Shown: piece by piece, positions 9,251 to 19,369 of the stretch
How the letters are laid out: every line of letters starts with the position of its first letter
Position numbering within the stretch: position 1 is the first letter of the stretch
Assembly (NCBI GenBank): GCA_020060465.1
Contig: JAGVAD010000017.1
Coordinates: 1,983 to 65,982 of the forward strand
Direction of reading: 5' to 3'
Source of the DNA: Anaerolineales bacterium
GTDB lineage: Bacteria > Chloroflexota > Anaerolineae > Anaerolineales > UBA4823
DNA: 64,000 bases
Made by a program: the position numbers and the translations under genes
Notes under the pieces: model-generated
Told to the model about the DNA's origin: nothing
The model's database searches: none
The model's input: only the letters and a program-made list of their open reading frames with translations

Positions 9251-9736
9251 CTAAAATTTGTAGCCGATCATGCGCAGGAAACCTTTGCGCCAGACGACGT
9301 CCTCTTCTGCTTCGACGCCCTGAGGCGGAAAACCATCAATGACGCCTAGAACGCCGCGTCCCTGCTCTGTTTCGGCAACGATTACTTCTGTGGGGTTAGA
9401 CGTAGCGCAGAATATATGGCAAACCTCCGGCACATTTTTGACGGCGTTCAAGACATTAATTGGGTAATATCCCTCGCCCAGGAACAAGATAAAACTGTGT
9501 CCGGCGCCAATCGCCAGAGCGTTTTTCTCCGCCAATTTGACCAGCTCCGCATCTGTGCCGGTGGTGCGCACCAGACATTTGCCGGAGGCTTCGCAGAAAG
9601 CCAGGCCAAATTTCACGCCGGGCACGGTATTCACCAGAGTTTCGTGAATATCTTCCACCGACTTAATAAAGTGGGTTTGCCCCAGAATGAAATTGAGTTC
9701 AAGCGGCTTTTCAATCGTCACAGTGGTCAAATTCAT
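9251..9736 (-). CDS. Adenosine-specific kinase family protein (PF04008-like)
   Basis: Full-length resemblance to the small family that is mostly archaeal (FGLAFCEASG..LVR..G.D...GAGH.F......PINVLN.....EV..I.CAT.NP). Start set at MNLTTV, with GGAGG 5 nt upstream. Confidence 0.65.
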   Translation of the reverse strand: MNLTTVTIEKPLELNFILGQTHFIKSVEDIHETLVNTVPGVKFGLAFCEASGKCLVRTTGTDAELVKLAEKNALAIGAGHSFILFLGEGYYPINVLNAVKNVPEVCHIFCATSNPTEVIVAETEQGRGVLGVIDGFPPQGVEAEEDVVWRKGFLRMIGYKF

Positions 9737-9751
9737 ACAAACCTCCATCCT

Positions 9752-10927
9752 TTAGTAGCCGATGTAATCCAACGGATTGACCTTTGCACCGTTGATGGAC
9801 AGTTCGAAGTGCAAGTGCGGCCCGCTCGAATTGCCTGTGCTGCCCAAGGCGCCAATGTACCCGCCCTGATACACGCTCTGTCCACACGAGACTCCCACGG
9901 CGCTCAGGTGAGCGTAGGCGCTTTGCCAGCCATTGCCATGATCAATAACGATCATATAGCCATAGCCATAAGAAGACCAACCGGCGAACACCACCACGCC
10001 GCTATCCGAGGCATAAATGGGGTTGCCCTCGGCTCCGCCTATGTCAACCGCCGGGTGCGTCGAAGAATCAAAGGTGTAACCAGAAATTGTATGGTCTGTG
10101 GTTGGCCAGATAAACGTGCCCGTACCAATGGCGCCGGAATACACGCTGCCGCAAGCGCCCTCACCATAATAGCGCGCCACAGCCGGATTGGTACGCGAAA
10201 TAGCCGGAGGGCCCCAGTCTTTGATTGGCCGTGTGCCGCCGGGAATAATCAACCAGGTGCCCGGCTCTATGCCTTTCCCGGTGATGTCTGTGGTGGTCAA
10301 ATCAATGAAGTTACCTGGGTAATCCAGAATCACCTGTGGGTCAACATTGAAAGATGCAGCCACATCCGCCAGGTTATCCCCTTCTTTCCACTCATAATAA
10401 GCGCCATCTACAGGCAAAATGTTCAAGACTTGCTTGGGCTTGAGCAAATGAGGGTTATCTTGCAGCGCAGCGTAGTTGCCAAACAGCACCGTGGCCGGTT
10501 TAATGCCAAAGTTTTGCGCAATCAGGAACAGCGTATCGCCCGTTTGAACGGTGTAGGTGATCACATTCACCCGCGGACGGGAGGGGATGATGGTCTTCAA
10601 GTTGGTCTTTCGCACCACGCTATCTATAGCGGAGGGCGGCTGCGCCATAGGGTTCAAGGAGGCAGTAAAGGTATTTGAAAGCTCTGCAGCCTGCGGCGCG
10701 ATGCCGCCGCCAGCGGCTCGCGATTCTTCGCCGGTCAGAGAAATATTCAACAAGGGTTTCCCGGAAAGCCGCTGCCAGGCCAGGTAAGCCAGCAGCGCCA
10801 CAAGACCAACCATGAGCATATTCAAACCGATCTGCTGAAGCAAAGCAGCAGTTTGAATAGACTTCGAATTGTCGCTTCTCTGCGTTTTATTTGCAGGGGA
10901 TTTTTTATGAACTGGCTTTTTCTCCAT
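9752..10927 (-). CDS. Membrane-anchored LysM + M23 peptidoglycan metalloendopeptidase
   Basis: N-terminal TM helix. LysM (YTVQTGDTLFLIAQNFG). M23 motifs HPAVDIG and GSTGNSSGPHLHFEL. Confidence 0.9.
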   Translation of the reverse strand: MEKKPVHKKSPANKTQRSDNSKSIQTAALLQQIGLNMLMVGLVALLAYLAWQRLSGKPLLNISLTGEESRAAGGGIAPQAAELSNTFTASLNPMAQPPSAIDSVVRKTNLKTIIPSRPRVNVITYTVQTGDTLFLIAQNFGIKPATVLFGNYAALQDNPHLLKPKQVLNILPVDGAYYEWKEGDNLADVAASFNVDPQVILDYPGNFIDLTTTDITGKGIEPGTWLIIPGGTRPIKDWGPPAISRTNPAVARYYGEGACGSVYSGAIGTGTFIWPTTDHTISGYTFDSSTHPAVDIGGAEGNPIYASDSGVVVFAGWSSYGYGYMIVIDHGNGWQSAYAHLSAVGVSCGQSVYQGGYIGALGSTGNSSGPHLHFELSINGAKVNPLDYIGY

Positions 10928-11101
10928 GATTTCTCAGTATCAATCTGTTCCCGTCAACAGAGCAGGATCGGTGAAATTCAGCGTCAACATCAGACGCAGT
11001 GGGTGTAGCAAATTGTACCACTGAGGCTTTCTTATACCACGAAAGCGCTTTTCTTGTAAACTGGTGCTAAAATTACCCTAACCCGTTTGGGATGTGCTCC
11101 G

Positions 11102-12325
11102 ATGATTACCGCCAGGCGAAACAAGACAATTTTGCGATGGATGTTCACGGTTCAGGCGCTGCTGGCATTCGCCCTATCCGCCTGCAATGGCGAACAGATT
11201 TCTCCGCAGCCGATTCGTCTTGCCACGGCCACCTATACTCTGGCGCCCAGCGTCACGCCGCTGCCGTCATTCACGCCGTTGCCGACGCCGACGCCCACCA
11301 ACACGCCCACGCCAACGCTTACCTTTACGCCAACGCCGCTACTCCTGGCGATGGTTGGCACACCGCTGCCGCCATCTTTGCCGCCTATCACCTATGAAAA
11401 CGCCGGACAGGTATCGGGGTTGGCCGAATGGTATGAGCCAACTGTGACAGATCTGACCTGGACACCGGATGGGCGGTTTTTAGTGGTATCAACGGAGAAT
11501 CTGGTGCATTTTTACGACGTCTCCCAACGGCAGGTCGTCCGTTCGCTCCATCCCAGTCTGGAAAGTGTGGTAGATGTCGCCTTTGATGCTTCCGGTTTCT
11601 GGTTTATCGCTGGCAGCCGCCGCGGTTCGGAGCAAGAAGGTTATGTCAGCGGGTTAGAGATCTGGCGGGGACCAGACTGGAAACCGCTGGGCGTGATGTA
11701 TGGCACGGACCGCGCCCTTACCAACCTGGCGTTCTCGCCGGATAATCAATATCTTGCCGTGGCATATTCTCATCCCCGCGCAAGCCAGAACAGCGTTGAC
11801 CTGTGGTTGCCCATCACCTGGACGATTTCCAGCACGCTGCAAACCGGTCTGGTTCAGGGGCTGGCTTTTTCGGCTGACGCTCGTTATCTGGCTGTCTCGC
11901 CAGACCGCTACGCCATCCGTGTGTTCGATTTGAAAGATAGGGTATGGTTTCTAAACTTGCCCACCTCCTTTACCGGCGCGGTGAACGCTCTTGCTTTCTC
12001 GCCAGATGGATTTACCCTGGCCTCCGGCCATTACGACGGCTCAGTGAACTTGTGGGATGTGCGCGACGGCAGCCGATTGGTTTCTTTTCAAACGGATGAA
12101 GTGATTCAAAGCCTGACTTTCAGCCCCGACGGACGCATGGTAGTCACCGGCGGCAGTTATCAGAACAGTCTGGTGCGTTTGTGGGCTGCCGGTTCGGGCG
12201 AACTGCTGCGCACGCTGGAGGGTCATCAACACGGGGTGACGCATCTCACCTTTTCTCCCGATAGTCAATATCTGGTTTCGGCATCTTATGATGGCGCAAT
12301 ACGCCTGTGGGGCATCCGACCCTAG
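11102..12325 (+). CDS. WD40-repeat lipoprotein
   Basis: Signal peptide with lipobox (AFALSAC). Pro/Thr linker (PTPTPTNTPTPTLTFTPTP). Repeated FSPDG...SGSxDGxxxLW blades. The start could instead be the TTG at 11087. Confidence 0.8.
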   Translation: MITARRNKTILRWMFTVQALLAFALSACNGEQISPQPIRLATATYTLAPSVTPLPSFTPLPTPTPTNTPTPTLTFTPTPLLLAMVGTPLPPSLPPITYENAGQVSGLAEWYEPTVTDLTWTPDGRFLVVSTENLVHFYDVSQRQVVRSLHPSLESVVDVAFDASGFWFIAGSRRGSEQEGYVSGLEIWRGPDWKPLGVMYGTDRALTNLAFSPDNQYLAVAYSHPRASQNSVDLWLPITWTISSTLQTGLVQGLAFSADARYLAVSPDRYAIRVFDLKDRVWFLNLPTSFTGAVNALAFSPDGFTLASGHYDGSVNLWDVRDGSRLVSFQTDEVIQSLTFSPDGRMVVTGGSYQNSLVRLWAAGSGELLRTLEGHQHGVTHLTFSPDSQYLVSASYDGAIRLWGIRP

Positions 12326-13580
12326 GCATCGCCGCCTGTCAACCTGGCTGAGCGCGAGGCTGCGTTTGGCCTGTTTGTTCGTTCTTCTCTCTGGCTTGTT
12401 GGCCTGCAACATCCACCAATCTACACAACCCATGCAGGCATCCAGCCTGGCTTCGCCTGCCCCAGGATTGACGCCCACGTCCGCCGCTTCGCCCACCCGC
12501 GCCGCGTTTGTTACGCCTCCGCCCCCTTCCACTCAGGTTACAGTCACACCTGGCGCTGCAGCGGATGCTACGGAAATCCCGCGTATTCCTACAGAGTTGC
12601 CTCGGATCGAGGCGCAAAGCGCGGCAAAGCTGGCGCCTTTGACCAGCATTCGTTTTGGTCCCTGGGAGCTGACGATGGCGCTTGCCTGGTCGCCGGATGG
12701 GAAACTGTTAGCGATTTCTGCCGGCGAGTATCTGCACCTGTATCGCGCCACCGATTGGCAGCGCCTGTCATCTACACGCATCGGCAGTCTGACCCATAGC
12801 CTGGCTTTCAGCCCAGATGGGGTCTGGCTGGCGGCTGGCAGCCGCGATGGCTATCTGCGTCTCTGGTCAACGGATGCGCTGACGGCTACCGCAGATGCGC
12901 CGCCGCGCTGGTCTCAACAGGCACACCGTAAAGGGGTCAATATGACGGCGTTTAGCCCGCGGCCAGTGGATGGTGACTGGCTGCTGGCTTCCGGCGGCAA
13001 CGATGCAGTGGCTCGTTTTTGGGAGCTGGAAAGCGGCGAGAACATTGGATTAATGGTGGGAGGTACTTTTGCCGTGCCCTCCATTGCCTTCCTGCCGGAT
13101 GGGAAGAACCTGGCGGTGACCAACGGCGACCGCATTCGTCTGCGCGAAATCGGCACAGAACGCATCACCGGAACGCTGGCAGCCGACGTTCCGCTGTATA
13201 GCCTGGCGGTCAGCCCCGACGGGCGCTGGCTGGCGTCCGGCGGCAGCGATAATCGCATTCGGTTGTGGGAGCCGCAGACGGCTTACCGCACGGGTCAGGA
13301 GAAATATCCGCAGCCTGTGATGTTGAGCGGTCACAATGGGCGGCTGGAAACTTACCAGGCGTTGATCTGGCAGGTAGCGTTCAACCCCCATGGCGACTTA
13401 CTGGCTTCGGTTGGCGGGGATGGCAATCTATATTTGTGGGATATACTCCTCCAGCAACCGGTGATCTCCAGGTTTGCCCATATAGGCGGCGCGACCTGCC
13501 TCGCTTTCCGCCTCGATGGACAGTTGCTTGCCACCGGCGGCCTGGATGGAAACGTTTTGATCTGGGGAATTGGGCAATAA
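12288..13580 (+). CDS. WD40-repeat lipoprotein (tandem paralog)
   Basis: Lipobox LLSGLLAC. Repeated WSPDG/FSPDG...GSRDG/GGSDN..RLW blades. The 5' end overlaps the previous gene by 38 nt, so the start is uncertain. Confidence 0.75.
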   Translation: MMAQYACGASDPRHRRLSTWLSARLRLACLFVLLSGLLACNIHQSTQPMQASSLASPAPGLTPTSAASPTRAAFVTPPPPSTQVTVTPGAAADATEIPRIPTELPRIEAQSAAKLAPLTSIRFGPWELTMALAWSPDGKLLAISAGEYLHLYRATDWQRLSSTRIGSLTHSLAFSPDGVWLAAGSRDGYLRLWSTDALTATADAPPRWSQQAHRKGVNMTAFSPRPVDGDWLLASGGNDAVARFWELESGENIGLMVGGTFAVPSIAFLPDGKNLAVTNGDRIRLREIGTERITGTLAADVPLYSLAVSPDGRWLASGGSDNRIRLWEPQTAYRTGQEKYPQPVMLSGHNGRLETYQALIWQVAFNPHGDLLASVGGDGNLYLWDILLQQPVISRFAHIGGATCLAFRLDGQLLATGGLDGNVLIWGIGQ

Positions 13581-13598
13581 GCAGTAAGACGCCCTGCG

Positions 13599-13808
13599 TC
13601 AAGGACTGGGGTCAGCAATAGCCGTTAGTTGAAGGTGAAATTGCTGCGCGCCATAGGTTGCAGTAGCGCCGGCGGACTGGGTAGCCTGTATGCCTGAACC
13701 TGTAGCATTGCTATTGCTATTCACATCTCCTCCGCCGCCAACACAAGCCAGGCTGGCCAGCGTCAGAACCAAGAAAATCAACAGAATTCGCGCAGTCGCT
13801 TTTCTCAT
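13599..13808 (-). CDS. Small putative lipoprotein (hypothetical)
   Basis: MRKATARILLIFLVLTLASLAC lipobox-like signal followed by a Gly/Asn/Ser-rich tail. The longer ORF extends to 13934. No family recognised. Confidence 0.35.
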   Translation of the reverse strand: MRKATARILLIFLVLTLASLACVGGGGDVNSNSNATGSGIQATQSAGATATYGAQQFHLQLTAIADPSP

Positions 13809-13950
13809 TCGCTCAATCTCTACCGGACGAGGTGTGGCTTGGTAAAATTGCACAGATCGCCCTATCTCTTCATCATCGGATGTTGCCGCTAATGGAGTTG
13901 CAATTTTAGTGCCAATATCTGGCAAGTTAAACAACTCTTGAGCGCCGCGT

Positions 13951-14859
13951 ATGGAAATGACGCGCCTGCCAGACCTACGACGTTACATTCTGGATGAGAT
14001 CTTCGCTGCGTTCGGATTTCAGGATCGTCCTGTGCTACGCAGCGTTTTGACGCCGCTTTTCTGGCCGCCAGCGCAGATTTTCGCACGCATAGCTGCCAGC
14101 TTTGAACAGGATGTTGTTCAATTCGGTCTGCCAGAAGCAGCACGCCGTTTGCTGCCCCGCTTTGTAAAGGGCGTGCAGGCGCGAGGCGTAGAGCGCATCC
14201 CCACCGAGGGTCCATTGTTGATCGCTTCCAATCATCCGGGGGCGTACGACTCGGTCGTCATCGCCTCGCTCATCCCTCGCCAGGATGTGAAGATCGTGGT
14301 GAGCGACATCCCCTTTTTCCGCCGCCTGCCGGCGCTCAATGAGCGCATGATTTATACCCGGCGCGGCGTGGATGGGCGCATGGCGGCTTTCAGGGGCATG
14401 ATCCGCCATTTACGGGAAGGTGGGGCGGCGCTGATATTTCCCAGCGGCCTGGTAGATCCCGATCCGGACATTCTACCCGGCACCAGCCAAAAGCTGGCTG
14501 AATGGTCACGCAGCCTGGAACTCGCCATGCAGCGCGTTCCCGAAACCCGGCTTTTAACCACCATTGTCAGCGGCGTGCTATCGCCGCGCTGCCTGCGCAC
14601 CCCCCTGGCGCGCCTCCAAAAAGAACCCTGGCGGCAGCGCAAGCTGGCTGAGTTCATCCAGGTGATCCAACAGTTGGTCTTTCAGCGCGACTACCATCTC
14701 AGCCCATGCGTGTCTTTTGGCGCGCCGCTAAATGCAGCCCAACTGCGGGCGGGCAGAGATTCTACCGACCTGATGCAACTGATCGTGGAACATGCACAAG
14801 CGACGTTAACCGAACACATGAGGCGGGCGGAACAGTTGCCTTCAATATCACTGAATTGA
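13951..14859 (+). CDS. Lysophospholipid (PlsC-family) acyltransferase
   Basis: HX4D-type motif (SNHPGAYDS) and downstream FPSG block. Confidence 0.7.
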   Translation: MEMTRLPDLRRYILDEIFAAFGFQDRPVLRSVLTPLFWPPAQIFARIAASFEQDVVQFGLPEAARRLLPRFVKGVQARGVERIPTEGPLLIASNHPGAYDSVVIASLIPRQDVKIVVSDIPFFRRLPALNERMIYTRRGVDGRMAAFRGMIRHLREGGAALIFPSGLVDPDPDILPGTSQKLAEWSRSLELAMQRVPETRLLTTIVSGVLSPRCLRTPLARLQKEPWRQRKLAEFIQVIQQLVFQRDYHLSPCVSFGAPLNAAQLRAGRDSTDLMQLIVEHAQATLTEHMRRAEQLPSISLN

Positions 14860-14989
14860 TCAAAGTCTGAAGCCAAAGCGAGGAAGTGACTATTGTTTCG
14901 GACGTCGGCGCCTTTCACGATATAGTAAAATCATTCCTGAGGCGATCTTTCTCTATGAATTGCCAGACCCAGGAATTGGAGCGTGATTC

Positions 14990-16324
14990 ATGTGTGATAC
15001 AGTTGTAGTAACTGGAGAAGCCGCGCTGGATGGCGTTACCCTGTTTGGGAAGAACTCCGACCGCGAGCCGAACGAAGCGCATCATCTGGCGTATTCTCCG
15101 GCGCAAGACCACGCCGAGGGCAGCCGGGTGCGCCTTACCTATATCGAAATTCCACAAGTCAAACACACCTATGCGGTTCTGCTCGCCAAGCCGTTCAACA
15201 TTTGGGGCGCGGAAATGGGAGTGAACGAGCACGGCGTTGCCATCGGCAATGAGGCGGTCTTTACCCGCATCCCTTATGTGAAGACAGAGGCGATGACCGG
15301 CATGGACTTGCTGCGCCTGGGACTGGAACGCGGCCGCAACGCGCTGGAAGCTCTACAGGTGATGACCGCTTTACTGGAAGAGCATGGACAGGGCGGCAAT
15401 TGCGGTTATCAACATCCCTTTTACTATCACAACAGCTTCATCATCGCCGATGCACGCCAGGCCTGGGTATTAGAGACCGCCGACCGGCATTGGGCGGCGC
15501 TTGAGGTGCATGGCGTTTACACGATCTCTAACGGCATCACCATTGGCAACCAATGGGATCTCGCCTCGCCGGACATGGTATCCTACGCCATTGAGCGCGG
15601 CTGGTGCAAGAGCCGCGACGATTTCCATTTCGCCCGTTGCTACTCAGATTTTCTATACACGCGTTTCAGCGCCTGCCGCTACCGCTGCCAGCGCTCCGCT
15701 GAATTGCTCAACGCCCAACGCGGACGGATCACACCTGGCATGGTGATGTCTGTGCTGCGCGACCACGGCGCAACGGCAGATAGCAACTGGCAGCCTGATC
15801 GAGGGCTTAGCGGGGCAGAAATCTGTATGCATGTGGGCTTCGGCCCAGTACGAGTGAACCAGACGGTCGGATCCATGGTCTCTCACCTGCACCCCGAACA
15901 CCCAACCCATTTCTTCACTGCCACCGCCGCCCCTTGCACCAGCATTTTTAAGCCAGCCTGGATTGATGCTGGCTTGCCGGAGATGGGAGCGACACCTCAA
16001 GGCGTTTATGATCCAGAGACATTGTTTTGGCAGCATGAGCGCCTGCATCGCCTCACCCTGCAAGATTACCCACGGCGCATCGCCGCTTACTGTGCCGAGC
16101 GAGATGAGCTGGAGCGAGGTTTTGTCAGCCGGGCTTTGGAGCTGGCAGCCGCGCCCGTAGAAGAGCGGCGCGCCTTTAGCGAGGCTTGTTTCTCCGCCGC
16201 CCGCCAGGCGGAAGAAAATTGGCTGGAGCGTGTTCGTGAAACACCGGCGCAGAACTCGCCAGGGTGGCTTTATCGAAAAGCCTGGGATGGATTCAATCGC
16301 CAGGCGCGGATGCCGATGGATTAG
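14990..16324 (+). CDS. Ntn-hydrolase, peptidase C69/secernin-like
   Basis: N-terminus MCDTVVV...FGKNSDREPNE, with the nucleophile Cys directly after the initiator Met. Confidence 0.75.
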   Translation: MCDTVVVTGEAALDGVTLFGKNSDREPNEAHHLAYSPAQDHAEGSRVRLTYIEIPQVKHTYAVLLAKPFNIWGAEMGVNEHGVAIGNEAVFTRIPYVKTEAMTGMDLLRLGLERGRNALEALQVMTALLEEHGQGGNCGYQHPFYYHNSFIIADARQAWVLETADRHWAALEVHGVYTISNGITIGNQWDLASPDMVSYAIERGWCKSRDDFHFARCYSDFLYTRFSACRYRCQRSAELLNAQRGRITPGMVMSVLRDHGATADSNWQPDRGLSGAEICMHVGFGPVRVNQTVGSMVSHLHPEHPTHFFTATAAPCTSIFKPAWIDAGLPEMGATPQGVYDPETLFWQHERLHRLTLQDYPRRIAAYCAERDELERGFVSRALELAAAPVEERRAFSEACFSAARQAEENWLERVRETPAQNSPGWLYRKAWDGFNRQARMPMD

Positions 16325-16330
16325 CAGGAG

Positions 16331-17422
16331 ATGGGGTTGCAATTCATCTTTCTGATCACAGGCCTGGCAGCGGGCTTTGGTCTGTTTCTGGCTTTTCTCA
16401 ACCGCGTCTTGAGCTATATGCGGAGAAAGATCCTCAAGACGGCGGCAGCGGCGGGTATTTTGCTGCTGTTTTTGGGCATCTTTGGTGGGGCGGCATGGTG
16501 GGGCGGCGAGTGGGGGCGCTGGCTCATCTTGTTGACTTACGTCGTGCTCTTCATCGGCGAGTTCATCCACCGCTGGCGAACGCGGCAACTGCGCGGCGCG
16601 CCGCCTGTGAGCCAAAGCGGCGACGCCTTTTCCCTGCGCCGACCGCTGACCACCACACATCTCGTCGTCAGCCAATATAATCTCTCTCTCAACGGGGCTT
16701 CTGCCCCAACACACGCAAACCCTGGGGCGATTCACCAGGAAGGCATCAAACGGCTGAGGGTGGCTCACCTGAGCGACCTGCACTTGAACCATCATCTGCC
16801 GCACGTTTATTACCAGCAGGTGATGGAACAGGTGCAGCGCGCCGAACCCGATCTCATCTTATTCACCGGGGATTTCATCACCGAACTGGAGAGCATCCAT
16901 CAGTTGCCCGACCTGGCGCGCATGCTGCACAGCCGATTGGGGATGTATGCCATCTTTGGCAATCACGATCACTGGGCGGGCGCGCAGCAAATCGCCGAGA
17001 CGCTGCATCAATCGGGCATTGAATGGATCGGCAACGGTTGGCGGCGCATTCCTCTGGATGGCTGGCGAGATATTTTGCTCATCGGCTGCGAAGAACCATG
17101 GAGCCCGGATGCGTTTTCCCCGCCCCCGGCGCAAAACGGCGATCTGATCCTGGCGCTTTCACACACCGCCGATCACGTCTATCGCCTCAGCCAGTTGGGA
17201 GCGACGGCTGTCTTCAGCGGCCATTATCACGCCGGGCAATTTCAAGCGCCGGGCTTTGGTCCGCTTTTTATCCCATCACGCTATGGTCGCAGGTTTCATC
17301 ACGGCCATTATCGCATTGGCAATACACATTTGTTCGTCTCGGCGGGCATTGGCGCGGCCGAGCCGCCGCTGCGCCTGTACTGTCCGCCGGATGTGTTCCT
17401 GGTGGACTTTTACGAAGATTGA
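16331..17422 (+). CDS. Membrane-anchored metallophosphoesterase
   Basis: N-terminal TM helices. Calcineurin-like motifs HLSDLH, GDFI, GNHDHW, GHYH. Confidence 0.85.
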   Translation: MGLQFIFLITGLAAGFGLFLAFLNRVLSYMRRKILKTAAAAGILLLFLGIFGGAAWWGGEWGRWLILLTYVVLFIGEFIHRWRTRQLRGAPPVSQSGDAFSLRRPLTTTHLVVSQYNLSLNGASAPTHANPGAIHQEGIKRLRVAHLSDLHLNHHLPHVYYQQVMEQVQRAEPDLILFTGDFITELESIHQLPDLARMLHSRLGMYAIFGNHDHWAGAQQIAETLHQSGIEWIGNGWRRIPLDGWRDILLIGCEEPWSPDAFSPPPAQNGDLILALSHTADHVYRLSQLGATAVFSGHYHAGQFQAPGFGPLFIPSRYGRRFHHGHYRIGNTHLFVSAGIGAAEPPLRLYCPPDVFLVDFYED

Positions 17423-18222
17423 GCCTGGGCGATCAAATCGTCCACGTCCGGCGGGGTGTGATCATCTGGTTCAGTCAATGTCAGCCAGGTCAAGAATTCC
17501 ACATTGCCTTTCGGACCCAACAGCGGAGAGCGGATCAGCCCACGCACCACGTAACCGTGCCGAACGGCAAACTCCAACACCTCGCGCAACACCTGGCGAT
17601 GAAGTTGTGGGTCGCGGATGACGCCCTGGCCGCGCGCAACCTGCGCTCTACCGGCTTCAAATTGCGGCTTCACCAGCGCCACCACTGCGGGGAAAGCTGG
17701 ACTTGGGGCCACTGGCTTGGCGGCAAACCAATTGCGCACCACAGGCAACAGAACGCGCAGCGAGATAAAGGAGGCGTCAATAGTTGCCAGGTCAATCGCC
17801 TCCGGCAGGCGTTCGACATAACGGGCGTTGGTCGCCTCCATAACAATCACGCGGGGATCCTGACGCAGCTTCCAGTGCAGGATACCCTTCCCAACATCTA
17901 TGGCATAGACCCGCCGAGCGCCATTTTGCAACAGACAGTCGCAGAACCCGCCGGTCGAAGCGCCCACATCTGCACAAATCAAGCCGTTCACATCTAATTG
18001 AAAAGCCCTCAAAGCGGCTTCCAGCTTTTCGCCGCCGCGCGAGACGAAGCGCGGCGGTTGCTCCAGGGCGATTTGGGCGTCTTCTTCCACCAGGGCGGCG
18101 GGTTTCAGCGCCATCTGCCCATTCACGCGTACCTGTCCGGCCATGATCAAACGCTGCGCTAAAGAGCGGCTTTCCGCCAGACCGCGCTCTACTATCAAAA
18201 CATCCAGGCGCACCTTTGCCAC
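17410..18222 (-). CDS. tlyA: TlyA-family 16S/23S rRNA (cytidine-2'-O)-methyltransferase
   Basis: S4 domain (RLDVLIVERGLAESRSLAQRLIMAGQVRVNG) plus FtsJ-like MTase (DVGASTGGF). GTG start. Confidence 0.88.
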   Translation of the reverse strand: MAKVRLDVLIVERGLAESRSLAQRLIMAGQVRVNGQMALKPAALVEEDAQIALEQPPRFVSRGGEKLEAALRAFQLDVNGLICADVGASTGGFCDCLLQNGARRVYAIDVGKGILHWKLRQDPRVIVMEATNARYVERLPEAIDLATIDASFISLRVLLPVVRNWFAAKPVAPSPAFPAVVALVKPQFEAGRAQVARGQGVIRDPQLHRQVLREVLEFAVRHGYVVRGLIRSPLLGPKGNVEFLTWLTLTEPDDHTPPDVDDLIAQAQSS

Positions 18223-18442
18223 GCGCCGATTGTATCATGCGTCCAAATCGGCGGGAGGCGCGCCAAGGGATGTGCCCAAAAGTTCACCCGGAATCGGTTG
18301 GAAACCGACGCCTCAGGGTACGAAGCCCGCTTGAAGCAGGCTGTGGGTCGGTTCGCTTTTAGCAGACGTAAACCCCGATTTCCAATATTTTATGCTATCA
18401 TTCACCCGAACACGCCCAGACTAAAAGTTTGATCCTTCGACT

Positions 18443-19345
18443 ATGCCGCTCAAAAGGTCTTTTCAAATCGCACTGGCTTTGATCCAAACTATGCGCCCCA
18501 TTCAGTGGGCGAAAAACGTCGTCCTGTTCGCCGCCCTGGTGTTCGACCGTCAACTGGGGCTGGATCACCTCATCCCCATGTTGCGCACTACGGCTGGATT
18601 CGTAATCTTCTGCCTGCTCTCCGGCGTGGTGTATATCATCAACGACCTGGCCGATGTGGAAGCAGACCGAATGCACCCGGATAAACGGCGACGCCCCATC
18701 CCTTCGGGGCGACTGCCGGCCCCCATCGCTTTAATTGCCTCGGCGTTAATCCTGGCGGCGCTCTTTCCCCTTTCCTATCTCCTGTCGCCAGCGTTCGCCG
18801 CAGTTGCCCTGGGGTATTTTTTACTTAACCTGGCTTATTCCAAGTGGATCAAGCATATCCCCATTTTGGATGTATTTTCGATTGCCTTGGGGTTTGTGCT
18901 GCGGGTGGCCGCGGGCGTGACGTTGATCCATGTGGCGCGCTTCTCGCCCTGGCTGTATGTGGTAACCACGTTGGGATCGCTGTATATCGGCTTTGGCAAG
19001 CGGCGCGCCGAGATGACCATGCTGGCGACCAACTCCAACTCGACGCGACGCGTGCTCAGCGGTTACACGCTGCCCCTGTTAGATCAATTCATCACCATCG
19101 TTTCGGCGACTACGATTGTCGCCTACAGCCTGTACACTTTCTCAGCGCCCAATCTGCCCTCCAATCACGTGATGATGCTGACCATTCCCTTCGTGATTTA
19201 TGGGATCTTTCGCTATTTATTTCTGATCCAAACCACGAACCAGGCCAGCGCGCCGGTGGAGGAGGTTCTGATGCGCGACCGCCCGTTGCAAATCACCATC
19301 CTCATGTGGGGCGCGGCGGTGTTGCTCATCTTCTATTTTTTCTAA
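18443..19345 (+). CDS. UbiA-family prenyltransferase, decaprenyl-phosphate phosphoribosyltransferase-like
   Basis: RPIQWAKNVVLF start. NDLADVEADRMHPDKRRRPIPSG Asp-rich motif. About 8 TM helices. Confidence 0.8.
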   Translation: MPLKRSFQIALALIQTMRPIQWAKNVVLFAALVFDRQLGLDHLIPMLRTTAGFVIFCLLSGVVYIINDLADVEADRMHPDKRRRPIPSGRLPAPIALIASALILAALFPLSYLLSPAFAAVALGYFLLNLAYSKWIKHIPILDVFSIALGFVLRVAAGVTLIHVARFSPWLYVVTTLGSLYIGFGKRRAEMTMLATNSNSTRRVLSGYTLPLLDQFITIVSATTIVAYSLYTFSAPNLPSNHVMMLTIPFVIYGIFRYLFLIQTTNQASAPVEEVLMRDRPLQITILMWGAAVLLIFYFF

Positions 19346-19369
19346 TTCGTCGCCTTGCCTGGAGCACTT

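Noticed and set aside
9416-10678. A 420-aa ORF on the plus strand.
   Set aside because: It is antisense to the adenosine-kinase-like and M23-LysM genes, which have clear catalytic motifs. It has no recognisable domain.
15653-16804. A 383-aa ORF on the minus strand.
   Set aside because: It lies entirely antisense to two well-supported plus-strand genes, the C69 hydrolase and the metallophosphoesterase. Its translation is Arg/Ala/Pro/Gln-rich low-complexity sequence with no motifs. This is a typical GC-rich antisense artefact.
17023-17997. A 324-aa plus-strand ORF. Similar antisense ORFs occur at 19754-20686, 26769-27566, 38370-39158, 51840-52646 and 60323-61231.
   Set aside because: Each overlaps a motif-supported gene on the opposite strand or in another frame. 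None has an RBS or a family resemblance.
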